In this document: positions 11,110-23,369 of the stretch, piece by piece | Layout: each line of letters opens with the position of its first letter | Numbering within the stretch: the stretch's first letter is position 1 | NCBI GenBank assembly: GCA_964016885.1 | Contig: OZ024757.1 | Span: 27,528,001-27,592,000, forward strand | Reading direction: 5' to 3' | Length of the DNA: 64,000 bases | DNA from: Eledone cirrhosa | Lineage: Eukaryota | Notes under the pieces: model-generated | Databases searched by the model: none | What the model was told of the DNA's origin: nothing | The model's input: the letters and a program-made list of their open reading frames with translations, nothing else | Translations under genes and position numbers: made by a program

Positions 11110-12030
11110 GGGTCAGTCGCCCTCGTGGTGCCTGCCGACAGGATGGATACGACACACTGGAACTCATTCAATTTCACGGGGCTCCCACCTGCAGCAGCTG
11201 ACTCTGCTCTGATAGCAGTGAGCAGGGATGTGGTCTAGGGCTCAAGAATGCTAGAAGTCTTCAATGCGACAGGCTCGACCACAACCCTATCATAGAGCAT
11301 TAACAGTTTGCCCTTTACGGTTTGGCAGGCACTGAAGCCTGGGATGGTCACCAAATGTACTGGGTTGCTGCTAGTGCAGATGTCATAACATGTAGCATCC
11401 CAGATGAAAGGCCTACCCCTGTGAAATGGAAAGACTGTCATGCCGTCTGGCCTTTTGTTATCTAGCCTTGTTAGCTCAAGCTGGGAAGGGAAGCTGGCAC
11501 TGTCCAGGCCATACTTTATGATCTTATTGAGAGCAGCATGGTGAGGGAGGTGGCCAGTACCATAATGACATGAGAGTGGGTGGAGAGCAAAAGAATTCAC
11601 AGTGGGACCACAGCAGCATTTGTGAGGCTCACAGATCCGGAGGCCAAGCCTCAGGGAAGCACCAAGGCTCAAGCAGTTGCTGTCCAACTGAGTACCAGTC
11701 AAAGTGATGGTACTGCAGTGAGCCAAGCACCACTATTGGGTAGGGAGCCCAAGTGAAAAAACATGCCTAATGGTGCTGGTCATGTTGCACTAGATGGCAT
11801 CCTATTTGTTTTGTGGTGACTTGATATTTATTAAGGGGGGGATGAGGATGGATGTCCACAGAGCAGAATTCAAGCTGGTTCCATGTCGTGTAGGCCGCCT
11901 CACATTCCCCGATCACAGTAGGTTCAATTATATCGTGGAGAACCCTGTTGAGGGCACAAGAAGTCACTAATGAAAGAAAAGCTGGCTGGGCAGTGAGACT
12001 GGAAACCGGAAACCAAGGTCACCATAGCTG
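11110..12030 (-). mobile_element. Decayed CRE-like non-LTR retrotransposon 3' part (zinc knuckle plus restriction-like endonuclease)
   Basis: ORF 11235-11726 has HKCCCG...HPLSC...HHAALNKII...KRPDGMTVFPF..G..IWDAT, the CCHC plus RPD(G) RLE pattern of CRE-clade elements. The frame is broken on both sides. Confidence 0.75.
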
Positions 12031-13199
12031 TATTTAAATATAATTGTTTCAACTTTAGGCACAAGGCCAGCAATTTGAAGAGGAAGGGAAAATCGATTAA
12101 ATCAATCCCAGTACATTACTGGTGCTTTATTTATCAACCCCATAAGGATAAAAGGCAAAACTAACCTTGACAGGATTTAAACTCAGAACATCAAGATGAG
12201 TTTATATATAATTGTTTCTACTTTTGGCACAAGGCCAGCAATTACCCAGTGCATTACTGGTACTTTATTTTATCGACCGCGTAAGGATGAAAGGCAAAGT
12301 CAACCTCGGTGGGATTTGAACTCAGATCGTAAAGGGACATAACTATGCTGGAAAGCATGGCGTCCGACCCTCTACCGATACTGCCAATCCACCGCTTTGA
12401 TGAATTTATATATAATGATGGATCATCTGTCGATTTCAACTGTGTGCATTCAGCTATTCAATCAACTGAACTACCTATTTGTTAAATTAACATGTAAGCG
12501 ACTGAGTATTCCATGGACTAGTGTAACTTAAACGTCATTCTCAAACTGAGTCAACACGATATTGTGTGTGGCAAGGCTAACGCTTTGAATTACAGTTACA
12601 ATTCACCTGGCTTCTAAACAGTTTCTGTGTATCTGATTTTTCACAGATACCTTTGGCTGACCTCAGGTTATACTCTTTTACCTGTTCCAGCCACCCAGCT
12701 GAGGCCATGCTTTTGATTATTGATAGGCATTGAGCACTTGAGAGTAATACCTTTGATGGTAGATAGGCATTGAGCACTTGACAGTGAGTTCCCTGATGGT
12801 AGACAGGCATTCATTCTTAATATTTGGCAGAATCATTAGAGAGTTAAGACAAAATGATTTGCTTTATTTGTTCTGGCTTTCTACATTCTGTTTTCAAATC
12901 CCACTGAAATCAACTTTGCCTTCCATTTTTTTCGAGGTTGATAAAATAAAGTACCAATCACCTCCACCCTTCCCCACCAATAAAATCAAAGAAAAAATTA
13001 TGGCTTTTGTGTCTATGTTAGAAACCATTATTGATTCTTCCAGGGCTATTGCTCAGTGAATTTTGAGGGAGGAAATGGGATGTTGTCTTATTATTGTTGT
13101 TGCTACAGCTCAACTGTGTAGGTTTAGCCAGCCTCATATAAGGTTGTTTTTTATAGGAACTTTCTTAGGTGTTTTAATGATAATGGCCCCAGCCTTAGC

Positions 13200-14565
13200 A
13201 TAACAAGGATGCATACTTTCACAAAACCTCAGCTTCCTATCAAGGAAATTTCTGCAGTTGTCGCACACAGCCTCACCACATCAATAATTGATTTTGTTAT
13301 TGTCTCTGATCTCTTTGATTCTGTGCTGGATGTTTGTGTTAAGAGAGGGGCTGAACTGTCAACTGATTACCATCTAGTTATCTGCAACTTGAGACTACCT
13401 AAAGCCAAAGAAGCCCACAAAACTGGCAAGTCTAGAACAACCTACAGGATAAAAGTGGGAAACATTGGTGGATAAGGAAGTCAAAACCAGGTATACAGAT
13501 AGTATTGCATCCAAATTCAGAGAACTTCCAGAGAAAACTGAGGATGTTGAGACAGAGTAGAGATTGTTCAGCACAACAGTTTCTGCTTCAAATGTCAAAT
13601 GCTGCAGGCAAAAGAGACTTGGTGTGGCACTGGATGGCAGAAGGACGCCTTGGTTCAATCAAGTAATCAAAGATTCCAACTGAGCAAAGAAGGAGGCTTA
13701 CAAAGCTTGACTTGGAAATAAGTCCTCCTCCTTACACTTGAAGTAAAAGCAGGCAGGAAAAATCGCAGCAGAGACAGTAAAAGCACCAAAAGTTAAAACA
13801 TGGGAGGACTTTAGGGTTAAGCAGGAATCCGACTTCAGATCTGCAAATAAAGTGTTCTGACAGACCATCCGCCGACTTTGTAATATGAAGTCCTCCTCCA
13901 CACCTGCTATCAAGAACACACCTGGTGTTCTCCTCTCTTTAAGGAGGTGCATCCTCGTGAAGTGGAGAGAATACTTTGCTGATCTCCTAAACCCGATCAC
14001 AACAGCATCTTCAGATGTACATGGGTGCATCTGAGAGCAGTGACTAATCTCTTCGAGGCAGAAGTCACAAGACCAGTTAAAGAGCTCTAATGAATCAAAA
14101 TCAAAGGGGAAGATGAAATCCAGTCCGAGATATTAAAAGCTTTAAATAGAGAAGGTATTCTCTGGCTGACTGATGTGTACCCAGTAGCCTGGATATCTTG
14201 AAAGTCACTTAAGCAAAGGCTATCGGGAATGATAATCCCTTCTTCTTTACCCACTTATTCCTGAGAGGGTCATGGGGGCAGAGTCCTCAAATACGCCCTC
14301 CAGCGGGTCCTGTCAGAAGCAACCGTCTCCAACTGATACGGCTGGACCCCCAAGTGTGACCAGCCAAACTCATGGATGTTATCCAACCATCTTGCTAGGG
14401 GTATACCCCTGGGTCTCCTACGTCTTGGTTTCGCCTGTAAAATCTGTCCAGTGATTTTCAAAAAAGTAGACAAGAAAGATTGTTCCAATTACAGAGGGAT
14501 CTCCTTGTTAAGCCTCACAGGTAAAATCTATGCTAAATGTCTGGCAAAGAGATGCAGGGAGATTC
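13200..14565 (+). mobile_element. Decayed RTE-clade LINE fragment (end of APE domain to start of RT)
   Basis: IDFVIVSDLFDSVLDVCVKRGAELSTDYHLV (APE SDH motif) and IFKK..KKDCSNYRGISLLSLTGKIYAKCL (RT N-terminal motif), with many stops and frameshifts. Interrupted by an inverted insertion at 14241-14452. Confidence 0.8.
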
Positions 14566-16017
14566 TGCTTTTACTGGTACTCTTAGTATCTTCCTCCTTG
14601 ACCCATCCTATATCCCTACCACCTTCAGTTTCAGGAACCATTCGGATGCACTACACACACCCATCAACTTATCTCAGTATACCCTATCTCTTGAGTTTAT
14701 ATATATATACTTCTAGTAAATAAAATTTAGTTTAGTGTTTCTGAGGAGGATGGCTGATTGAACAGGAACTTCAAGACTGGTAATGGGTCGTAACCTAACC
14801 ACTAATATGCTGGTCGATACATCAATCTCCACCGTTCAATCGACCCTCAGTAACGATCGTAAAACAATGAACTAACTCTCTACCTACACCTGACTTCCGT
14901 TTTTATTGTTCAAACACACATATGTAAATGATTCTGTAACCCCGGATTAATTTTCTTCAAGGATAACTTAGGCTGCGACCACCTACCATAAGAACTACTA
15001 GTCACACTGCCGATTCTAGCCACAACTATCCTTCCTAGGGTACATTGAGTTCTAACAACGTTATCAGCCCCACCATAACCAGATGGACTCCAATATCACA
15101 CACACACAAATATATATATACACAGAGAGAGAGGGAGAAAAAGAGAGTTTGCTGTGCTGAGACTGGGGAGACCACTAATCATGGGAGTACTCAATGCATG
15201 GGAGATGCAGAGAGGGTATATATCTATCTATCTCTCTATATATATTCTATAAGTACATATATACAAACATATATGTATACATACGCACACACACACACGC
15301 ATATATATATATATATATATATATAATAAATTTCATAATTTTATATATATATATACACACACACATACATGTTTGTATGTTTAAAAATATGCCATGCCAA
15401 GGCAGACAACTTGTGACGTACGTGAGAGAAAAGATATGGCGAAACCTCGCCAGGCAACTTCTACTATGTCAGTACCAAAAATTCCTCCACTGTAGACACG
15501 ACTAAGGGCTTGAAAGGATTTGTTAACACCATTACCAATCAACGAACCAGACATCAACTGATTCGTTAGGATATTTCCTTGGCTGTCTTTCTTACTGAAC
15601 AATTCCAGTGCTTTTCTGGAACGGCATGAAAATTATTTCCCGTTCTTGAAGCTCGCTTATTGTTGGTTTATATCTCGCTGCGTCAGAGTTCGCTTTTCAT
15701 GCCGCTACTTTCTTCCGACGGAATTAGCTGATAAAACTGTTGATCGTGTATTATTTTATTTACTATTCATATATCTTTTACACACATTTATATACAAACA
15801 TACTGACCCCCTCTTTCTCTCTCTCCGATTTTCTAAAGTCGTTTTTAATTCGATTTTCTATATACTAGTTATTTTTGAAATGTTTACATATATGCATCGT
15901 ATACTCATGTATGTATCTCTGTTAGACGAGATAGACAGATATACAGAAAGGCGAGCGAAAGACAAGAACTATATACGTATAATTATATAGATAGATAACC
16001 TGTGACGAGAGAAAGGC

Positions 16018-16053
<36 letters not shown>

Positions 16054-16599
16054 AAGGTAATTATATGGACAAATAGATTGGGAGTCAAACAAATATGTTA
16101 GTTGTTCGTAGCCAAACAGCAAGCAATAATTATTGCTGGTATTATTATACAGCAAGTACATACCAGAGAATAGCTTCTCATATGAAAATTATGTGAAGCT
16201 CGACAACATTCTTCCTGTTTGACATACATACATACATACTTACATTCATACACACACACACACTTTAAAGGGATATTTGTATATCGAAAATATGTCTGTT
16301 TAGCTATATTGTCTATATAGGTCCTGTTTTGCGTATATAATAGTTTTATTTCGTAGCTTATTCGAACAAATGATCGCACCCTTATCATCAAGTTTATATT
16401 GAAAATTGAAAGCACATTGAACTACAATTAATAACGCACCGCACAAATTGTCGATCGTATAGAATATATATATATATATGTGTGTGTGTTTATCACTTAG
16501 ATTGCCATGATTAGCTTCTTTACTCTAACTTTGATTCATAAATGAACAATAGTCTTTCTTAGAATGGCAGATAAAGGGTGTGAGACGGTTAACTGGACG

Positions 16600-16961
16600 T
16601 TATACATAAGAGTGGGAGGAGAAAGTTCGGGAGAGCGGACGAGAAATGTGGTTGGTGCTAAAACTATGAATGAGCGAGTGACTGGACCGAGAAGTTTGTT
16701 GTTGTTTGATTGAGACAGACCTACTGACTGACATTAAAAAGTTGTTGAGAAAGGGTATCAGCACCCGATCAGGAGAAAAAAAAGTATATATTAATATATA
16801 AGAGATACGAGGAATACAACGAGTAGTGAGGTACTCGTTGTCATTGAAGCCGTCCACAACCTTACACACCCACTTGTTGGTAGTGCTGTTCACATACTTC
16901 TAGTTGTTGGTCTAAAAATATGAATGGGACTCGAAGCTGCGGAGAAGACATTTTCGTATGA
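16600..16961 (+). promoter_or_regulatory. Candidate CNK promoter and non-coding first exon
   Basis: Non-repetitive, CpG-enriched segment ending at a GA|GTATGT donor (16962). A pyrimidine-rich acceptor CAG at 17498-17500 precedes the first coding exon. The start coordinate is approximate. Confidence 0.4.
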
Positions 16962-17162
16962 GTATGTAATATTGTAGATATATAGATGGGAAGGTAGGTA
17001 GGTAGGTTGGTATGTAGACAGACAGATAAGTAGTTTGTTTAGTTAGCTAAGGTTATTCACAGTTTGTAGTAATGGTGGTACTGTCTAGGCGTACAATCAA
17101 CAAACGTTACCCATCCATCAGCTTCACTTAACAAACATATACACACACACAAACACCGTATA

Positions 17163-17226
<64 letters not shown>

Positions 17227-17432
17227 CCCTCTTCATGTTTGTCTTCACACCAGATTGGCAATCGAAACATCACATACATTATGATCAAGGAAGACCCAGG
17301 CCTATCCGAGACCTTGAGACATATTTGAATGGTAGATAGGTAACAATGTACCCACGGCCTTATCAGGAAGTGAGGTCAGCCTCTGTGTCATCACCGACCA
17401 TTCAAAATCTTTAAATACATCCTTGTCAATCG

Positions 17433-17470
<38 letters not shown>

Positions 17471-17571
17471 TACATATACTCTCCTTTCCACAACACACAG
17501 CAATTTAAAAAAAAAACAAAACTTGTTTCACACGGAGCCAGCAGCACTTGCTGGCAGCCCACCATCTTAAC

Positions 17572-17647
17572 ATGGGGCGAAGGAACCTTTTTAACCATAT
17601 TCGCTTCGATAATTGGAACCCGGAACAAGTCGCCGCCTGGTTACGAG
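17572..17647 (+). CDS. CNKSR2: CNK/CNKSR scaffold, coding exon 1 (start of SAM domain)
   Basis: MGRRNLFNHIRFDNWNPEQVAAWLR+G, then GTAATT donor (phase 1). The W-x-P-x-Q-V-x-x-W-L pattern is SAM helix 1 and joins exon 2 in frame (G|GT = Gly). Not present in the ORF track. Paralog assignment is nominal. Confidence 0.88.
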
Positions 17648-18859
17648 GTAATTAGACTGTCTGTTTTTTTTTAATTATTGCCATCGTTATCATTATTATT
17701 ATCGTCGTTATCATCAACCGTCTACGTGACGTTTTTGTTTATATTCTATATACACACTGTTTGTAATATATGTACATACGGATGTATGGGTGTGTATATT
17801 TATTTGTCTAGCAACACATGAACACCTACACAAAATCTTAGTATTTGTAGCTCTAGTCTCAATAAATACGCATGTTAGTGTGTCCATCTCTCCCCCATCT
17901 TTCTGTCTGTCTCTCTTTCTATCTATGTATCTGTCTATCTACTTATCTATCGGACTTTCCAAAAATTATTGCTGAATTCCATCCAGTATTGTTGCTATTA
18001 AAATTCCACTTTTGTTGTCGATGTGACATTTTATTATATTCGGTTAATCCTCTTAATTCGGGGTTAATAAGCTTCTATAATCAGGTGTTTTCAATGTAAT
18101 GTGAAAACGATTTTGTTTTTCAGTTGCATAATATAAATATTTATATACTTTAATGAAGATTAAATTCTTACTAGACTCTCGTGGGTGGGTTTTATATAGG
18201 GTAGACGTATATACTAGTCGATTACAATGACCCACAGTGTGAACGTGTATATGTGTATATCAATCCTGACCTCACTTCCTTATAATAGGGAAGTACAATT
18301 ACTCACTGTTCATATACCCTTAAATCTATCTTCTCTTTATCGACGGTCACTATGATCAATAGGGTATAGTCCTATTTGAAGGTTCTATTAAAGTGAAAGT
18401 GAAATTTCCAGAAACGTAAAGCCACATTTTAAAATGGGTTAGGGTTAATGATTTCAGTTCTTAGTCTTCTGTTATAATTCCAGTTGTTTCTATGAAACAT
18501 TACAGGGATATATAACAATGCCAATACTTGACGGAAGAACTTGACTCAAAGATGACTACAGTCGGATTTGAAGAGGCTGTAACTAAAATACCGACATACT
18601 AAGAATTCAATTAATCCCCCGAATAGATAATTGAACTGATTACAGTATATTAATTACTGATGATTTTATTGACTCCTATCACAGGGTGGATGAAAGGCAA
18701 AATCATTCATAGTGACATTTGAACTCAGAACATTACAGGCCGAACATAATCTTATAAAGGGTGTAATTGATAGTTGCTCTTGAAAGATGAACATATCTTG
18801 TCTAATTCACTGAATTCATTTCACATGGCCCACTCATATATGCACACACTGGGGAAGTA

Positions 18860-19216
18860 ACTCTAACCCTAATTCTAAACCTTAGCTCTAAACCCCAATA
18901 CTAGACCCCCCCCCCCAACGTTAAATCCTAACTCTAACATTAACCCCAACTCTAAATCTAACCCTAACACCAATTCTAACTCTAGTCTTAGACCTAACAC
19001 TAGCCCTAACTATAACTCTAGCCCTGGTCTTAGACCTAACACTAGCTCTAACTCTAACCCTTGTCTTAGACCTAACACTAGCCCTAACTATAACTCTAGC
19101 CCTGGTCTTAGACCTAACACTAGCTCTAACTCTAACCCTTGTCTTAGACCTAACACTAGCTCTAACTCTAACCCTTGTCTTAGACCTAACACTAGCCCTA
19201 ACTCTAACTCTAACCA
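18860..19216. repeat. Minisatellite of 36/42-bp units built from CCCTAA-like hexamers
   Basis: Repeats of CTAACACTAGCTCTAACTCTAACCCTTGTCTTAGAC and a 42-bp variant, grading into degenerate CTAACC hexamers. Confidence 0.9.
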
Positions 19217-20727
19217 CTTTAATCAGTACTAATGATAGCCAATGTCATTGACAGCGATTGTATCAGTATTGTTGACAGCCTTCTACACCATGCACCACTC
19301 TAATGGGTGGTAACGCTATGCAGTGTTATTGACACTGATCATATCAGAGGTGTTGATGTAATGATGTTGATAACTAGATCGTAAATACTGTGACAGTGTT
19401 GATATTGGCGATGCAGATCATGATGATAATGATAATTTATGATGTTAATGTTGTTATTGTTGTTAGCTGACCTATTTTAATCAAAAGCAATCAAGAGGTG
19501 ACCATCTCATTTTTTTCTTTCTTCCCATCAGCAATAATGGTTTCTGATTTAGGCACAAGGCCAACAATTTTTTTGGAAAGGGAAAGTCGATTAAATTGAC
19601 CCCAGTGCATCACTGGTACTTTATTTTATCGACCCTGTGAGGATGAAAGGCAAACTTCAAATCTACTACTTTACAGAGTGTACTGCATGCATTTTATCGT
19701 GGCTCCAGCACTACAGAGTGTACTGGGTGCATTTATATATATATATAATTCTGGTTTAGAATAAGTACCATATCCCTGTCTATTGTAAGTAGTGAATAAA
19801 AGGGTTGGTGTCAGGAAGGGTCCCTGGCTGTAAATCATTGCCTCAAAAAGTGACGTCCAACTCATACCAACATGTAACAGTCAACATAAAAGAGATGATG
19901 ATGATAATATGTGTGTGTGTATCCAAGCATATTTTCTTTTATGAGTGACTTCAATGCATTTGTAATTATAGGCTGTAAAATTATTATATATTATATTATG
20001 GTGTTTTTGTGTAAATGGGTAATTGGAATTACTGACTTGGTTTGGCTTATTGATAGTTTGTGTCTGTTTGACAGAAAATGTGTGTGTATTGTTGGTGACA
20101 GATGTTTTGTCCATGTGTCAGCATGAACCTCTGACAACACTGGATGCCAAGAATCTACACCCTGGATCCCTTATTTTCTCTGGAGACAATTAGTTCCATT
20201 CTCTTTTCCTAACATATCACTAGAAGTGATTAAATCATTACATAATAGTCAAACCTAATGTTACTGTAATATATATATATATACTTAATATAGAAAAGGC
20301 TTCTACAGGACTAGGACTGTTTCATATGTATATATATATATATATTAAAAAGCACTCTTTGGTGCTTTTTAATCTTTTTATATCAGCTCTGCGTGAACCT
20401 TATTACATCAAGCTTTAAACCCTCTAGAAAGTTTATACCCAATAATAGCACACTATTATTATTATTAATATTATATATATAGGAAGAGATTCAGGAATAC
20501 GATGGTTGAGGTCCGGCAGATTCGACAGCTCAGCCGTCAGGGTCCTGACTCTTTTCCTATTACCCACTCTACTACCCTAAGTATTGAATACTCTGGTGCG
20601 TTATGGTCCACCTGGTATCTTACCACACCTTCTTTGTTATATATATATATATATATATATGAGTCCCAGGTTCAATTGTGGGTAACCACAGTAAGAAAGG
20701 TACTCAATACATTAGTAGAGTGTATAC

Positions 20728-20846
20728 AACAAACTTAATATAGAAATGGTTTCAACAGGACTGTTTCATTTGAAGGAATTCCTGATGATTTCCTTCGAAT
20801 AACACAGTTCTAGTCCTGTAGAAGCCATTTCTATATTAAGTTTGTT
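20728..20846. mobile_element. Fold-back element with split hammerhead-like motifs
   Basis: AACAAACTTAATATAGAAATGG ... CCATTTCTATATTAAGTTTGTT inverted arms. CTGATGA at 20782-20788 on +, GAAACAGTC on the - strand. A further half copy lies at about 20283-20325. Confidence 0.6.
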
Positions 20847-23369
20847 ATATATATATATAGTACAGCTGTTGTGATATATAGTCAGTAAAGATGTAAAGTA
20901 AAGGGCCCTTAATTTCTGATGGAGTTGTAGGGACACCATCTTAAGCATTGTAAACCTGATGGAGCCCATCCCTCTCCAGGTCGGAATGCAGCTAATTTCT
21001 TCCAGAGTAGAAGGCAGAGGAAGGATCAAACCCAGTACTAGACTGGTTCTTTATAAACCTTGAAAGAGTGAAAGGCAAAATTGACCTTGGAAGGATTTGA
21101 ACCTGAAGAGCATAAAGAGCTGGAATGAATACTGCAAAGCATTCTATCTTATATTCTAAGGACCCTGCCAACTTGTTACCTTATCCAATCCATATAGCTA
21201 ACTAAAATGACACAGCATAGCCACAGGCCAGAACGTGAGAGCAACTGATACCAAGTATGGATATTTCTTCTGACTCAGCTATCCAGAGAGTGGAACATCA
21301 CCTCATTTTTTAAAGTGTTTGACACAAGTGCTACCATCTCCTGATCTTGCACCAACATAGTCAATAATTCGAAAGAGTAACAGGATGCCATGTGTTAAAG
21401 TGTGTTAATAGACAATGGAACACAGAAATGGAATAAAAAATATGGCCAAAGGAGTGACAGATATTTTAGTGTCATAGAATTTCTACAGATTCATTTATTT
21501 AGTTATCAGGTCAGCACCAAAAGAGAAGACCTTTGATTCAGTCATGACTATTTTGTCATTTCTTTTCTTTAGTTTTCTAGATATAGCTATATTGGACTAC
21601 ATTGTTTTGTATTTTTACTTTATTTATTTATTATTATTTTTTGAAATGGTAGTGTAGCATGGGGAACAAATTGGCTGTGTTGTTAGAGTATATCTTGTAT
21701 TTATTCTACCTCCCTGTGCTCTGAGTTCAAATACCACTGAGGTCAACCTTGCTATTTAACCTTTTGGGATTGATCAAATAAAATACTAGTCCAGAGACTG
21801 TCTAAAGTCTGTCTTAAGTCAGAAGGCTCGTTAAGCCAGTGCTTATCCTGGTTTCATGACGTGAAGCAATTGAGAGTACAGGACTCTTCCCTGGATAGGA
21901 TGCCACTCCATCACAGGGTTAAAACTCCAGCTATTGCTGGTATTCATTTTCAGCTGAGTATACTGGAGCAATGTGAATCAAACCCATGACAATGTGATCA
22001 TAATTCCACCACTAGGCCACATGCTGCCACTGTGGCTGTGGATTGGCAGAATTTTTAGAGCATCGGGCATGATGTCTTGCAGTATTTATTACTGCTGACT
22101 CTCATGGTGGTTGGTTTTTGCCCCGTAAAATCTGTCCAGCGATTCTTTCTTGAGACATTCTAACCACATGTCCATAGTATTGGAGCTGTCATCTCTCAAG
22201 GAAGTAACACAATTTAACAAAAGTAAAATTATATTTGAAGGCTTTAATTTAAAAAGGAACCCTTTAACCCTTTAGCATTCAAACTAGCTGTATCTGGTCA
22301 GAATTCTCTCACCTGTTTCTGTTCAAACCACTCATACTGATATTAAGGTATTGTTCTCAAAATATATAATATCAAAATCTCGTAGATTCAATATTATGTG
22401 AGATAATAATGTAAGATAAAGTCTTTACCACAAAAATACAATAGTATAAATAGAGTAATGTAAATACTAAAGGGTTAATATTGGTGGTTTGGGTTAATAG
22501 AACAAGAGGCGTTTTTAGGTGTGTTGGTATCTAAAAAGTTTCCCCATCTCCCTAAAATTGCAAGAAACCATTATTTGTCTATCTCTCCTTCATCTCTCCC
22601 TCCACTCTCTCTCTCTCTCCTCTCTTTCTCTCCTTCCTTCCACTATATGTCTGTGTCCTTCTTCTCTCTCTCCTTTCACTATTTGTCTGCCTCTCCCTCC
22701 CTTTGTATGTTTGTCTCTCCCTCCTTTGATCCTTTCATTATTTTTCTATCTCTCCCTCGGATCTCTCTCCTTTTACTATCTGTCTCTCTTTCTTCCTTTC
22801 ACAATATGATAATTTCTCTCATCTCTCTCTCTCCTTTTACTATCTGTCTCTCTTTCTTCTCTCTCTCTCTCTCTCTTCCTTTCACTATATGTTTATCTCT
22901 CTCATCTCTCTCCCTCAGTCATCTAATGGATCATTTCCTCCTCACTGCATCTTCGGATAATTGTTTTGGAGCCGGATCTACACAGTTACACTATACAAAA
23001 AGAACAACAACAACAACAATAATAAAAACAAGTGATATTGATAATAATACTAACAGTAGTAGCAGTAATAGTAATAATAATTTTTAGTTGAGTAGTAATA
23101 ACCGCAATGATTAATAGATGTCAAGGAGTGTATATAACTATTTTTCTAACATTTTCTGTATAATAATTTTTTCTACTTTTGGCACAAGGCCAGCAATTAT
23201 CTCAGTGCATTACTGGTACTTTATTTTATCGACTCCATAAGGATGAAAGGCAAAGTTAACCTCGGCGGGATTTGAACTCAGAACGTCAAGGGCCATAACT
23301 CAATGCTGCAAACATGGTGTCTGATGCTCTACCGATTCAGCCAATCCACCACTTTTCTGTAAAATAATA

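Noticed and set aside
18921-19217. Arg/Val-rich ORF resembling a protamine
   Set aside because: It is simply the translation of the 36/42-bp minisatellite.
22521-23087. 188-aa Ser/Leu-rich ORF
   Set aside because: CT-rich low-complexity tract with no domain signal.
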